Positions 25,318 to 39,140 of a stretch of 64,000 nt of DNA are shown piece by piece. The number at the start of each line of letters is the position of its first letter. Positions within the stretch are counted from its first letter, which is position 1. Under the pieces are notes generated by a model. It did no database searches. It worked only from the letters and a program-made list of their open reading frames with translations, and was not told the origin of the DNA. Position numbers and translations under genes: made by a program. The DNA is from Rhynchobatus australiae (lineage: Eukaryota). The stretch is from contig JAUZTB010000068.1 in NCBI GenBank assembly GCA_034780895.1, forward strand, positions 24,437,013 to 24,501,012, in the 5' to 3' direction.

Positions 25318-28300
25318 TTAATGAATTATTAGTTTGTTCAAAAATGTACACAATATAAATAAGGGATGAAATACAGTGCATAACAATTTAAGAAAACTGC
25401 AGATAATTTGTCAAATGCTTTCTTTCAATGACAGTATTTCCATGGGAAAGTTTTGACATAAATAACATTCATCTCCACAGATAAAACATTTGATCCATGT
25501 AACAAGAAAAAAATGGATGAAAGCACAAGATGCTTTCAACAGATCATTTTCCCTTGGAGTGTGAACAATCAAACCATATTTTCATACCCCTGACGTTGTC
25601 CATGTACCTTTCTTGTCATAGATAGTATGATGTGTGTGTAAACAACCAGTACCTTTACNNNNNNNNNNNNNNNNNNNNNNNNNNNNNNNNNNNNNNNNNN
25701 NNNNNNNNNNNNNNNNNNNNNNNNNNNNNNNNNNNNNNNNNNNNNNNNNNNNNNNNNNAAACAGGGTTAATGCAATGTGGCTGTCACAACTAACTGACCT
25801 TAGTAAACATCTATAACTCTCTGTTTTACATATATTGATATAAAATAGGCAGTGGTAGGTAATCAGCCCAGTGTGCACTTTTAGCTTGGGATTTCCATTC
25901 AACTCAATAATCAGGCAGGTTTATTGAGTTCCAACATGTAATGTTTCCGACATTGCAACAGTAATGACTCTTCAAAACAAGTTAATTCGATGTACAACAT
26001 TTTGGGATAGCCTGAACATATGAAAACCCCTTTCTAAATGAAAGCCTTTATTTGACCTTCACGCCCTACCAAAGCTGATAGTTCTGTCCAAAATAATGCT
26101 TGTATTTAATAAGTGCAAGGGTAGATTTTTAACTTGCTCCTCAGTTTACAACTGCCATTGAGGATCTTTTATTGAGGATCAGTTTCATACTTGATTGCAA
26201 ATTGAAAATTAATCTGCAACCTATTAATGTATTTTTGTTTGTGTCAATCTTACCTTTAAAGTGTGACTTAAATAACATTTCTCATTTTAATATTCAACAA
26301 TAGTATTGTACAGTAACAAACAACGGTATGTTTCATCAATTAATTTTCCTGCATTGAAACATAAGGATGACTCAAAACTCTGACAGATCTCGAGTAAATA
26401 TTAACGACAAGTTCCTGTTTCAATGTTTATCTCTTATTCATATAGGCTAAAATGTTATGAAATGTACTATTTTTAGATTCTTTGTAAATTCTGGCAGCAT
26501 AAATTTGACAATTAACAAAATAACCTCATAGCAAAATGCAAGGAAAGATTTGATGAAGTACACAATATAATATATTAACATAAACTTTGAAATGTTCATT
26601 TGCCCTTCCAGAAATGATACACATTAATATTTCTGCAGCAGGTGTTGTTAATGTCATANNNNNNNNNNTTAATGCATATTGCTGCTATGCAAACAGTCGA
26701 TGAATTGCAAACATCATTGTTTCTTTGTTTCAAACAATATTAAATTGAATTAAGTCAGCTAAAGTTATGTTCATTTGGGAACCTTAATTGGGTTATAATT
26801 ATCTACAGATGGAGTGGCTGTATTTGATTATCATGTGCTACAACAGCATGTTTGCCGAAGTTAAAATAAGCAAAAGATATACCAAACCTACACTTCAGCC
26901 TGCCAACAAAATACTTAAAGAGTACATGAAATCTATTAGGTTTTAGAGAACTTATTTGATTATCCATTAAATTGTATCCTGACAGAGGATGAAATTTTAT
27001 CATCAAAGATAAAGAAATTGACCTGTTCTAAAACATGGAGTTGGGATAATGGTACAGTTCTGGCTCTCCTATGCCTTGATGTTGCAATTGCTCAAGTTCT
27101 TGCACTCATTACCCTAAAGTACTTGCTGTGCGATATACTACTGTTTCCTTGTCTATCATACATTGAGAAATTTGTAATTTTTAACGTTTTAAGGATCAGT
27201 TTGCCCTGCAAACAAATGCTAAAATCTATGTAGTATTATTTCTGTGAGAAAGAGAATTATTATAAGATTTAATTGATCCAAAAAGGCTTTTGGACAGTGG
27301 AAGACTGTGTGCTAGTTAACGTTTCAGTTCTATTTCTCCTGATAAAACAACCTTTGTCCTCAGCCATTGGAGCAGATATATTTTGTACATTTGCTCCTAT
27401 TTCTCTTTGTTCAACATGCAAATATCTTGCAATTTTAGCACGACATGTAGTTATAAGTTTTATATGTGGGTGATAACTGTGGAGGTGGTCACACTTAAAT
27501 TCTATTAAACCAGTAGCCAGAACTTCAATTATTTTGTACTTTACAACCTTACTCTTATATATTGCTTTGAAACACTGCTTGCAGATAAAATTACCATTGA
27601 AGATGTTGTAACAGATCCTAAGCTAAGTCATCACAACTACTATTTTAAGTTTTGGCCTCCTGCTGCTGATTCCTTTTAAAATGTAATGGCACAAAAAAAG
27701 ACTGGCTTTAAAGTGTTGACTCAAATAATTGAGCTTGTGATGATCTTGTTTTAAGAACTGAATCTTGGTGACTTTATCAGAGCTATTGACTAGAAAAGTG
27801 AAAATTATGGCAGAATTGAAATGAGACCAATNNNNNNNNNNNNNNNNNNNNNNNNNNNNNNNNNNNNNNNNNNNNNNNNNNNNNNNNNNNNNNNNNNNNN
27901 NNNNNNNNNNNNNNNNNNNNNNNNNNNNNNNTTGATACAGAACCTAAGTATTTTAGCCATCACATTATTTCAAAGTGAATGAATTTATATTCCTATTTTT
28001 GGATTCAGTAACCACCTTTATTAATTCTACTAGTGACATTATCTTCCACATTGTGAATTATCTGGCATAAATGAAAAAATGTTTAAAGATAAAGGTAATA
28101 ATTTATAGTCTAATTTCAAAATTTGGTACTCATAAACTTTTCCTTTAGCACCATTTTGGTAGGTTTTCATTTTGCTTGCTCTTTGTAGATGAAAAAGGAA
28201 TGATATTACAAATTATAAATAAGAAATTGACCACATTACGTTGTTGCCTGACATACTCTGTTGAAGCTGTGATGATAAGCAAGATACAGCTGGGTGTGGT

Positions 28301-28550
28301 AAATGCTCCGAGCGTGAAGGTGGAAGACCCTACTCCATGAATACATCCATAATGTTCCATCAGAGCTTGTCTTTAATTGCCCATCAAGAAGCCCAAATGA
28401 CAGGTATGGGAAAGTTCCCTCTCTCCAAAGCCCACACTAGAGAATCCAATCGTCTAAAAAAAATCCCGAATCACTCATCCAATTGATCAGATGTGTCATT
28501 TGTACAATGCTCAATGCTGTTGTAATATCACTTACAGATTAAAAAGCGCA

Positions 28551-29348
28551 TTACATTGAAGAAAGATTTGGGGCTGAAGCATGAATGAAGTCCAATGATT
28601 TCCCATTTTGCATGTAATTTGTATGAGTCAAGCTGTGGCCANNNNNNNNNNNNNNNNNNNNNNNNNNNNNNNNNNNNNNNNNNNNNNNNNNNNNNNNNNN
28701 NNNNNNNNNNNNNNNNNNNNNNNNNNNNNNNNNNNNNNNNNNNNNNNNNNNNNNNNNNNNNNNNNNNNNNNNNNNNNNNNNNNNNNNNNNNNNNNNNNNN
28801 NNNNNNNNNNNNNNNNNNNNNNNNNNNNNNNNNNNNNNNNNNNNNNNNNNNNNNNNNNNNNNNNNNNNNNNNNNNNNNNNNNNNNNNNNNNNNNNNNNNN
28901 NNNNNNNNNNNNNNNNNNNNNNNNNNNNNNNNNNNNNNNNNNNNNNNNNNNNNNNNNNNNNNNNNNNNNNNNNNNNNNNNNNNNNNNNNNNNNNNNNNNN
29001 NNNNNNNNNNNNNNNNNCTGGGTGCTTCACATGATACTTTCTCTCTTTGTCTTTTCTGTAGGCGACGTGCATCACCACCAATAAGGAAGGTGTAGAGATG
29101 AAGATCAATTGCAAAGCCCAGAGCCTGATGTGGGAGATGGGGAAATAGTGGTCGAAACAGACATTGGTGCAGCCAGGTTGCTTGGTGTTGCAGTCAAAAT
29201 CTTTCTGATCATCACCCCATACTTTCTCTGCCGCCACTACATAAACTAACACTCGGAAGATGAAGACAACCGACAGCCATATCCGACCAAATCCTGTGGA
29301 ATATTTATTTACGCCACTAAGGACACCTTGCAACGTCTTCCAGTCCAT
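28551..29348 (-). CDS. GJB3: Gap junction beta-3 (connexin 31)-like protein, ~265 aa; TM3-EL2-TM4 hidden in the N gap 28642-29017
   Basis: MDWKTLQ...[56 protein letters not shown] and the C-terminus ASAPNL closely match recalled mammalian Cx31; the frame is preserved across the gap. Confidence 0.92.
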   Translation of the reverse strand: MDWKTLQGVLSGVNKYSTGFGRIWLSVVFIFRVLVYVVAAEKVWGDDQKDFDCNTKQPGCTNVCFDHYFPISHIRLWALQLIFISTPSLLVVMHVAYRKDKERKYHVKHPXXXXXXXXXXXXXXXXXXXXXXXXXXXXXXXXXXXXXXXXXXXXXXXXXXXXXXXXXXXXXXXXXXXXXXXXXXXXXXXXXXXXXXXXXXXXXXXXXXXXXXXXXXXXXXXXXXXXXXXXXXXXXXGHSLTHTNYMQNGKSLDFIHASAPNLSSM

Positions 29349-29374
29349 ATTATCTGGCGGTATTAACGTTCAAT

Positions 29375-29402
29375 CTACAACAAAAAAGCAAACACAAAAA
29401 AA
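29375..29402 (-). promoter_or_regulatory. Splice acceptor of the GJB3 coding exon
   Basis: tttttgtgtttgcttttttgttgtAG|attgaac, AG at 29376-29375, 26 nt upstream of the ATG. Confidence 0.8.
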
Positions 29403-30449
29403 GTCTGCATAATTATTCATTCCATATAGATATACCAAAATGATTTTGTTTCAAACAATGTACTCTATGTATATTTTCTCTATGGACTCTATGAAGTGAA
29501 TTAGACTGTTGTGTGAAAATAGAAAGAACACTTCAATTCTCTTGCAAAACAAATTTCCCAGTACAAATTGTTCTGTGTGCTGTGTCACGCATTGAACAGT
29601 CTGCAAATGGTATATCAGGTGGTGAATATTACATAAAATATACTATTATAATTTCCCGGCTTCTCCCCAATTTTGTTACACCTGTCACCATTTTGGTCTG
29701 GGATCAGGGCCCAGTCAATTACAGCATATCCTGGGAGTTTCATCAAGACAAACATATTGGGGTCTTTTATGATATCAGTTGGACCTCAGGGCCATTTTGA
29801 TCCACCTTAACTTGGTGTTGCAGCCACTCATTAGTACCAAATTGTGTGGAGTGTAAACACAATATTCTTATCAGAAGAGCTAAAGGAACTTATATCTGAA
29901 AATGATTGGACTACAATTCTGCTTTTTGGCTTATCAATTATTTCATTAGAACAATAAGTGTTTTCTTCACTGAAGGATATGGCTGTTTATGGCTGTAGGG
30001 TTAGGACCACCAACAGCAACTGGAGAGAGGATCTTTATGAACCAAATTTAGCCATCTGGACCCTTCCCCAGTGCAGCCATTTTGAAATCTGCTGAATATT
30101 GCAGAGGGATTTTGAGTCAAATACTACAGCTGACACTTCATTGAATCTTGTGTTTAATATGATCAAAGTCCTCCTTAACTTTCTACGCATAGAGTCAATT
30201 TAAGGTGCCAGGAAGAGATATATACAATCTACCTCAGGCCAGATTACATCCATGCATAAAAGATTCTATGGAGGAACTAAATTGGTCTCATTTCCTAGAA
30301 GTCAGTAGGGAAGGATTAAAGGTTTTGCAGCATCCCACGACTGAAATTCTGGTCCCTGTAATTAACCGTGGGATCTTTATAGTGTTAGTTATTATATCAA
30401 TAAGTTTCATTTACATTGCAACTTTAACATGTGAAAGTACCTCAGGATT

Positions 30450-30640
30450 ATAACTAAGCAATATTTCTGATTGAGTTATTGAAGAGAAATTAGGATTGAT
30501 GAACAAAGTTTGATCAAAATAGTAGATTTGAAGGAGCCACCTGGAAAAGGAGAGTATGGTAAATAAATAGCGCTATTTTTTTGAGGAAATTCTGGAGCTT
30601 TGAGTCCAGAGTTGAAGCCATGCCCACTAATGGTTGAAAG
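30450..30640 (-). mobile_element. Ancient L2-like LINE 3' fragment
   Basis: Degenerate ctccagaatttcctc...ctccttcaaatc...ctttgttcatc pattern typical of L2 ends. Confidence 0.4.
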
Positions 30641-32642
30641 AAGAAAAGCATGGATTTAAATGTGTTTTCTTCCCAGAATTGTTGGTTGAGAGCAGGTATT
30701 TGTTCTCATTATGAAATAAGCCACAACAATCTTTCCACTTTTTTCACGAGTTACCTTTCTGTGGCTGAGAAAATAGACAGGTTAGGGATATTTGTGAGGA
30801 ATGTTTCCTTCCTGCTTGAAGAAAATAAACTACCAAGAGGACACATGCCTGAACTGGAATGTTACAACGTGCAGGAATTTGGAAGTGATCAGATCAGATC
30901 AACACGTACCAGCTTGATCATACTTCCAAACAGTACTTTTAAATGATACAATGGAATGATAAACACTGAACAGGTAACTTGCCCCAATCACTCTTTCATG
31001 TCATACAAAAGGATTGCAATAAATTCCATATCAATGCAGCCATATTTTAAAATCTGCAATGCATATCGAAATAAAAATGTGATTTTTGAATATAAGATCA
31101 ATATCTGCATAATTGTGTTGCAATCTAGATATATAGTAGATAAAATTCCTCAAACCATATGGTGTGATAGCTTCTGACTTGATTAGGATTTTACTAGAGT
31201 TAAAGGGGGAGTTTGTTTAGAGTGTACGTTTAACAGTTCTATTTAGATCCACTGAAGAACAGAAGGTGCAGTTTTGTACTGCTTCTACTGTATCCCCATT
31301 CAGTCAACTGGAATGATGTCATCACATTGCACTTTCTGGTGAGATATTGATAAGATCAGTACATTTTACATACTTTATAGGAGTTTCTTGAGTTAGTCAA
31401 TAACACATCAGACTACTAACAACTAAATACACTTGGTGGCATTTGGGTGTGCTCCCATGAATAAAATGCCAAAGGGAAATGTCAGGTTGCTTGCAATTTG
31501 TATAGTATCACTAAACACCCTGTAATGCATTTCCTTACAGATANNNNNNNNNNNNNNNNNNNNNNNNNNNNNNNNNNNNNNNNNNNNNNNNNNNNNNNNN
31601 NNNNNNNNNNNNNNNNNNNNNNNNNNNNNNNNNNNNNNNNNNNNNNNNNNNNNNNNNNNNNNNNNNNNNNNNNNNNNNNNNNNNNNNNNNNNNNNNNNNN
31701 NNNNNNNNNNNNNNNNNNNNNNNNNNNNNNNNNNNNNNNNNNNNNNNNNNNNNNNNNNNNNNNNNNNNNNNNNNNNNNNNNNNNNNNNNNNNNNNNNNNN
31801 NNNNNNNNNNNNNNNNNNNNNNNNNNNNNNNNNNNNNNNNNNNNNNNNNNNNNNNNNNNNNNNNNNNNNNNNNNNNNNNNNNNNNNNNNNNNNNNNNNNN
31901 NNNNNNNNNNNNNNNNNNNNNNNNNNNNNNNNNNNNNNNNNNNNNNNNNNNNNNNNNNNNNNNNNNNNNNNNNNNNNNNNNNNNNNNNNNNNNNNNNNNN
32001 NNNNNNNNNNNNNNNNNNNNNNNNNNNNNNNNNNNNNNNNNNNNNNNNNNNNNNNNNNNNNNNNNNNNNNNNNNGGATTATCAACCACTTGCCTATTAGT
32101 TATTGATTGATTTCTCCTGACTGCTATTACAAATCAACAAAAGTTTGTTTCTTTGAAAAGTCGTTTAATGTTGACTAATCTACAAGGTATGGTAAGCCAC
32201 ATTGCACTTTTGCACAGATCAATTGCTCCCAGATGTGGGTGCATGAGTGGACATTCCCCTTGGAGTACACCATGACTGGGAGAATGAGTAGACTGCAGAC
32301 AGATCAGATCTAGTCATTAGAAGAAGCAGTAGGAAGGGGAAAGGGGTCTGAGCAGGACCCTGTCACAGCAGAGATCTTCAAGGAGAAATTCTCAGCAAAT
32401 GTGGCTTCTGTACATTAGCAACGATGCCCTAAGCATAATATGGAAACTGTCTCAGCAGTTTTGGAGCAGGGTGAGGAAGTGTTTTGCTGTTGGCTGTCAC
32501 AACCATCAAACCCATGAATTTGCATGGGTGCCTTCCTGGCTGGAGTTCGACATATCTGCAAAATATGGCATTTTGCTGGCCACTATTGTATAATGATGAT
32601 CACTGCCACGATCTGCCCTAGAGAACTGAATACATTTCATTC

Positions 32643-32775
32643 TTTCCGGATGAAGGTTGTTGACCAAAAGTGTTGCCTGTCCATTTCCCTCCACAGATGC
32701 TGCCTGACTATTGAGTCCCTCCAGCAGTTTGTCCTTTTGTCCCAAATTCCAGGATCTGCAGTCCCTTCTGTCTCC
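32643..32775 (+). mobile_element. Penelope-terminal short unit
   Basis: cggatgaaggttgttgacc...tccctccacagatgctgcctgac...ttccaggatctgcagtcccttctgtctcc. Confidence 0.7.
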
Positions 32776-35700
32776 ATTTCATCTTCCTTTGTTTGGGAGC
32801 AGTAGGTAGTTAGCTTGTGACCTCATGAGAATTACAGGCTGCCCCATGGTGCTGTATTGCTTCTTTGGCATTTGAAGTGAGCCAGGGAAAGGATTATAAC
32901 CAAAAACAAATTCTGATTCCTCACCTAGCTGGTGCGTGACCATACACAGAACATCATGCAGATCATTGCCTGGTTTATTTTCCCCTGTTACAGTGCCTTT
33001 ACTTTGCGCCAGTTTGTATTTGAGCTGTACCACAAAACCAAAGGGTGGCTGTCAAGATCATAACAAATGCCATACTGCTGCATTAACTGATATCACAGGT
33101 CACTTGCATTCAATAGCTGCCTAGGTCTCTCTGAAGAACCTTGCTCTAAGAAGTAAGAAGCTCTAAGGTGAGCTGCTAGATTTTGCACAACCTCCTCATC
33201 ATGGGGCCTCAGAACTTACAGGCAGCTATAAGGTGAACAGCTCTGAGGGAGGAGAGGAATGAAGTAAATAAGAAAGGAGGAAACCTAAACAGTCCCCTAT
33301 CATGCAGGTTCAAGATCAAATCATTTGACTTCACTGCCAATAAACACAACTTCAATTCCCCACTCACCAACAAACCCATACCTCATCTTTCCTCAGTCGT
33401 TCACCATCATTGGCTGAATTCTTAAAGTAAAGCCCCAAAACAAATATTCTAAGTCTACTTTATTAATCAAAGCTTAACATATTTACAATGGCAACTAATT
33501 ATTCTTGTGCATTCCGTCTATGTTGTTGTGTGCCTTTTCATGGCCTTGTGTTCCCACTCTATACTACTCTATAGGTTGCAAAAGGGGCATTGCAAGATCT
33601 TGAATGATGATTTTGCAGAGCTCTGGTCCTAGAAGACCCTAGCTTTGGACCACACCTTCTCAGCAGGAGCTGCAGCTTTCTGGACTTGCTGGTTGTCAGA
33701 CAACTGCAAAGGTTCCAGTGGAATGATACGGGAAGATCACAAATACACTGATCCTGAGAGAGGGATCAGATTCATGCTGTGTAGAATCACCATCATCTTC
33801 TGAAGGAATGCCTCAGTAACCCTCAAAGGGTAGGATTGTGTTATTGGGAAGTCAGGAGAAAAATAAGAATTACATGCTTATGTCACTGGCAAAAGATAAA
33901 TCAGATTAGGTTGTGGTAGAGATGGGATGTGAAAAAGTGGATTTCTTATGTTTAATGGTCTCAACTTTGTTGCTGGCTCAAGACTTCATAATAAATGCTC
34001 CAATTATGGTGACTATTCTCTCTGCCACAGCCCCCTACACCACACTGTCTGTCCCTCTCTCCACCTCCTTCCTGTGAACTGCTGCTCTTGGTATCGTTGT
34101 CCCTTATTCTACAAGAATGTTAGACGTGTTGGTGAGTAGTGGTCATGAATTTAGGAGATGTACTTGTTCTATTTGAATATTTGTGAAATTTGTGAAAGCT
34201 ATGAGATATAGGCTTGAGATTTTCAGCAGTGCTAGGTGTCAGCAGGTGTGATAGAATTCATGAACATTTGACTTGAGCCTTATCAATAGTGTTCATTGAT
34301 AGGTGAATGTTGAAAATGTGGAATATTGAGTGTCCTAATGGTGCACTTGATAGGATTCTTTGTACTGGACCACAAGGTCAAAGTCATTAAACCTTTTGCA
34401 GCTTTACGTTCACATCTTGAGGTCATGGCTTCTGACATTCACTTCCACAACTACCTCCTCACACTGTGAATACAGAACATTCCTCTCCACCTCTTAAACC
34501 AAGACCTCCAGTGCAAAATCAGAATAATACATAGACTATTTTCTCCTGTGATATGCCACAAGCTATTTGGCAGGTCCCACCCATGAGCAACTCGTCTTTA
34601 AGAAGTATAGGTTGACTAAGAAATAAGTAGTCTAAGATAGCTTGTACTGGTGCTTGCCACTCATAAAGCTAAGACCCTGCAGAGGCATTTGGCACTTCAG
34701 AATCTTGTTAGCGTTATACTGAATAGTCATTACATATTGGTTATTGTGCCCTTAATGTATCAAAAGGGTAACAGTTAATTCAACATCAACATCCCCTTNN
34801 NNNNNNNNNNNNNNNNNNNNNNNNNNNNNNNNNNNNNNNNNNNNNNNNNNNNNNNNNNNNNNNNNNNNNNNNNNNNNNNNNNNNNNNNNNNNNNNNNNCA
34901 TCCCCTTTTCCAGGCACTTTCCATTTAGCCCCAAAGTATGCATTCAGAGTTAGATTGAACTCTGGTGCAAAATTAACTCTAAATATCCAAGACTGTTAAT
35001 TTTCCTGTAATTCTATCCAACATTGTTCTCAAGAGATAATCTCTCTGCCTTCCATTAATGTCTGTTCTCTGGAATGGAGAAAGAGTCTGTGGCAATTAGT
35101 TATAGACCAGACTGTAACCGGTAGACAATTATAACTAGAGAAAAGCAAGAAGTAGAATCTTAGGGACAAAGGTCAGCCATTCAGCTCATTGGCCCTGTTC
35201 TGCCAATCAGCTAGATTGCAGCTGATCCATATCTCAACCGTTTTCACCTGATGTTCCTCAAATATAAGTTCATATGGCAAGGTGAAATATGGTGGCACTG
35301 CTGGAATTTCCAATAACTATGATTAAAACCAAGTTGAAATCCAGGCAATCAACCTTGTTTGAAATAACTGCTGCAAGCTTATGATACATAACTAAGATTA
35401 TAACATGTTTTATAAATGGCAGATGTTAAATACCAGATAAACATTCTTCCTTATTTGTGTTCTCCATTGAGAAAGTATTTCATTCTTTGCTTTCTAAACA
35501 ATTAATAGTGTCTCAAATCATTTGATCCTGGCAAACTTTGCTTTCTTGACAAGCCAGTGATATATTTAGCTAACAAACAAATGAAGCTGCTAGCCAGTTG
35601 GAGGAACCGACAAACATTAGGTAATAAACATATAAACTAATGAATCATTAACCAAAGAATTAAAATCTCAGACTCAAAGATCTGTTAATCTGAAGGAAAT

Positions 35701-36889
35701 TAATTTGTAGGCTTGATTTATTCATGCTACATTTAAGTATTGTCCATTGCTTTTGTCCATTTGCTGTAGGGAAAGTGTCTATTAATTATATTTGGGGGAA
35801 ATATCATATATATCTTATTTTACCACATACCACTGATTTTTTTAAGCATCTGACTTTCAAGACTGAATTGAAATTTGGTATATCTTCATTGAGGCTGTGA
35901 TGTCAAACTATGAGTATGGCCTTCCTTCCATTTTCCAGCTTTTTAATTATACTGTATTGTCTGCTTCCATCTCTAAGCCACTAGCTGTTGAATGCTTCAA
36001 ACCTCTTCTGAATGATATGCAAGGCACTCTCAGTAATTGTGACTTCAATCTCTCCAAGATCTTTCTCTCCTTGTGGAACCACAGACACAGCAGACAAGGA
36101 AGCTATTCTACTCAGTATATCCATGCTGGATGCCAATGCTTCTCCCCTGATGTTTCCTCCCTTGCCTATTTGTTTATAACTGAAGATTTGTCAACAGTAC
36201 ACATCTTGATACCCTCCAGGGGTTTACCTTAGCTCTTTCTTATTCCTCAAGCTGGCCTTGACAACATCTACAGAAATGGAAGGAGGTTCCCTGTGAACAC
36301 TTACACCAGCCAGTTCAGCCTCTCCTCCATTTTTCAATCCCTTCACCAGCTTTACCACTTTGCTTGTCCAAGATGTGGAGTGGTATGTGTCTTAACTTTC
36401 TCCAGGCTGTGAAGTGCAAAGCCATCAACTTTACATTTTAGCTACCAATCTATTTCTCTCCCTAGCTAGTTTTGTTTTAAAAATCCAGAGCAGACTGGTC
36501 AGTGTTGACGTCTTATTCAAACATGAACTTAACTTTTGACCCAGGCCACCTTCATCATGAGGACTACTTACTCCTACCTCTGTGAGACTGCCCACTTTGG
36601 CCTCTGTGTCCAGCCATCTGCAGATGAAACCATCATGGAAGTGCCTCTAAACCCAAATACTTTAATCTTCTTCCTGTCAGTTTCTCCTCTTCCGCACTAT
36701 AAGCTTAAATTAATTAAAAATCCACAGCCAATGTCATATCTTGGATCAAGTCCTGCCCAAGCATCATACTATAATTACCAATGTACGTTAGCTGCTATAC
36801 TTCATTGAAAGTTGTTGCCATTGTCTTTAAACCCTTTAAATGTGTTACTGCTCTTGATATCTGTAGCTTTTTCAGCCCAGAACCCTTCC

Positions 36890-36990
36890 TACATGACTGT
36901 TTACTTCCCTCCATAGATGCCGCCTGACCTGCTGCAGGCAAATAGGATNNNNNNGTGTGTTGCAGCATTTGCAGAATCTCTTGTGCCTTC
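36890..36990 (+). mobile_element. Penelope-terminal short unit, partial
   Basis: gactgtttacttccctccatagatgccgcctgacctgctg...gcagaatctcttgtg. Confidence 0.6.
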
Positions 36991-38129
36991 CTACTCTATG
37001 TTCCTCCATTTCCAGCCTCTGAATTGTTCCTTCTTTTTGGGCTACCATTAGTGGTTGCATCTTCAAATGCCAACATCCCATGGTCTGGCTTATTTTCCAT
37101 AGACTTCTATCCAGCAACCAATGTAGGTCAGAAAGGTTAATGTGAGCAGGACTAAGAGCAAGATGATTTAAGCTTTTAGGAGACTGGCAAGGCTAGTATT
37201 GTATTAATCCAATTGTATAACTCTCCATCATCTTCTCACCTTTCTATGTGAATGTTTATGTGATTCCATCTGCTCTTCTCATCACTGAGAGCTGTGAATT
37301 GGAATTCCTTTCTGAAACATCTATAATGGCAACCACCAATCTGCATTAAACCAAACTTTTGGTCAACCCTTTGCTGACTTAGTTTCCATTTTACCTAATG
37401 GATTGGTGAAATTCAGTTGAACATTTTAATGAGCAATGAGATCAGTATCGAGGATGTTGTATAAAATTGTTGTGATAGTGTTGCTGAAAAGGCCTGCCTG
37501 TTGCTAGTGCTCAATATAATTTGTTATATTACAGTACTTCCAGTGCTATATTATAATGTAAGCTCCTTCAAGGAAAGAGATTTCCCTGTAATGTCCTGTA
37601 CTGTACCAAACACAAACATAATTGCAAGACTGCAACAGAATGCCAGTCCTTGTTCATTCTGTTGGACATTGCTGGCTTGTTCAGAACTTTATACCATGTC
37701 AGACAAAATATATGGCCAGAAACTTAAAACTGCATTTGTGACAGTCTATTGTGTTCTTACTGACATCAATGTGCATGAAGAGTCAGCCTGAAAGGAACTG
37801 AAGGGCACTCCATGCCAGTGTTAGTCTCAGAAGATCACCATACAATGAATTTATGAATAGTATGAATTTAAACATTGCAAATTCTATTTCCAAAGAAATA
37901 TTGCCATAGTCCTTCCATTGTTTAACCTTCAGCTTTCTTGACATGTACTGCTGAATTCTTTTTTATGCTTTGGATACTCAAGATAAAATGTAAGACTAGT
38001 TAGTTACTCTTTTCAAGTTCAATATCTCCAGTAGAAATAACTTCACAGCACAAATATTCCAAAATAGAAACACAAGTAGAATTAAGAATAAACATTTGGT
38101 CCTTAAAAGGTAATTTCATTAAAAATAAA

Positions 38130-38278
38130 CTGTACCCTTCCCTGTAGCTGTGACTCTTCTGTATTCTGTTATTATTTTTATCCTGTATCACCTCAATGCA
38201 CTGTATAATGAATTGATCTTAATGAACAGTATGCAAGACAAGTTTTTCACTGTACCTTGGTACAACTGACAATAATAA
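38130..38278 (+). mobile_element. Rex1 3' tail
   Basis: tgtattctgtt...ttttcactgtaccttggtacaactgacaataataa; matches 54400-54520. Confidence 0.75.
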
Positions 38279-38897
38279 NNNNNNNNNNNNNNNNNNNNNN
38301 NNNNNNNNNNNNNNNNNNNNNNNNNNNNNNNNNNNNNNNNNNNNNNNNNNNNNNNNNNNNNNNNNNNNNNNNNNNNNNNNNNNNNNNNNNNNNGAGTTCC
38401 TTCCGCAAAAGTGAGAATACCATGTCTGACAGACAACAGATCATACTTAAATCTCTCTGAAATGGATTTCCTGCCTTCCACTTTCCCTGTGATTCAACAT
38501 GTCATTTTCAAGAATTATAGTTAAACTTCCTTAAAATAAATTAGTTTGTATTGAGATATATTTCTTACCAGAATTAACTGTGCCTTTAATTTGAGGATCC
38601 CTTTATGTACCTGGTTTGCCTGGTAAAATAATTAAAAATTATTTTGAATTAATTGAATGTATTCTAGGACAATAGCAATAACTGAAAATATAGTTTTATT
38701 AACAACTCTGTTGGAACAAAGTATAAATGTGAGTTCTTTTACTCCTGTATGTATGACACCATCAATATAAATTCAAAGATAGTAAATTATACTTCCAAAA
38801 TAATGTTGTAATATTCTTTCAAGTTTTTAATAGTTAACTTTTACATTTTATGAAATATACTGATGAGTTTTGTTTTAGTCTGAAAGTAAAATGAAAG

Positions 38898-39140
38898 ACT
38901 TACCAATAAACAGATCTTTACAAGTTTAATATCCCCGGGCAGACGAAGGAAGCAGTATAAAAGTTCTAAATCAGAGTACTCTGTAGCAGACTCTCCTAAC
39001 AAGGCTGCTCGACTGAACTTTGCATGAGGCAATCTGACTCTCCAGTTTCTTCTTGTTTTCTGGGGTGGGGCGTTCTTAAGTAATGCTGCCTTTATACAGA
39101 CGACATTATCAGTAATCCTTAAAGGAACATTGACGTCGGA
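38898..39140 (-). promoter_or_regulatory. Candidate promoter and non-coding exon 1 of GJB3
   Basis: Minus-strand TATAAA at 39096-39091, CRE-like TGACGTC at 39131-39137, GC/CACCC box at 39062-39072, donor TTG|GTAAGT at 38904/38903; locally more CpG and repeat-free. Confidence 0.45.

Noticed and set aside
34255-34305. Small hairpin (ttatcaat...attgatag), possible pre-miRNA
   Set aside because: Stem too short and no recognisable mature miRNA.
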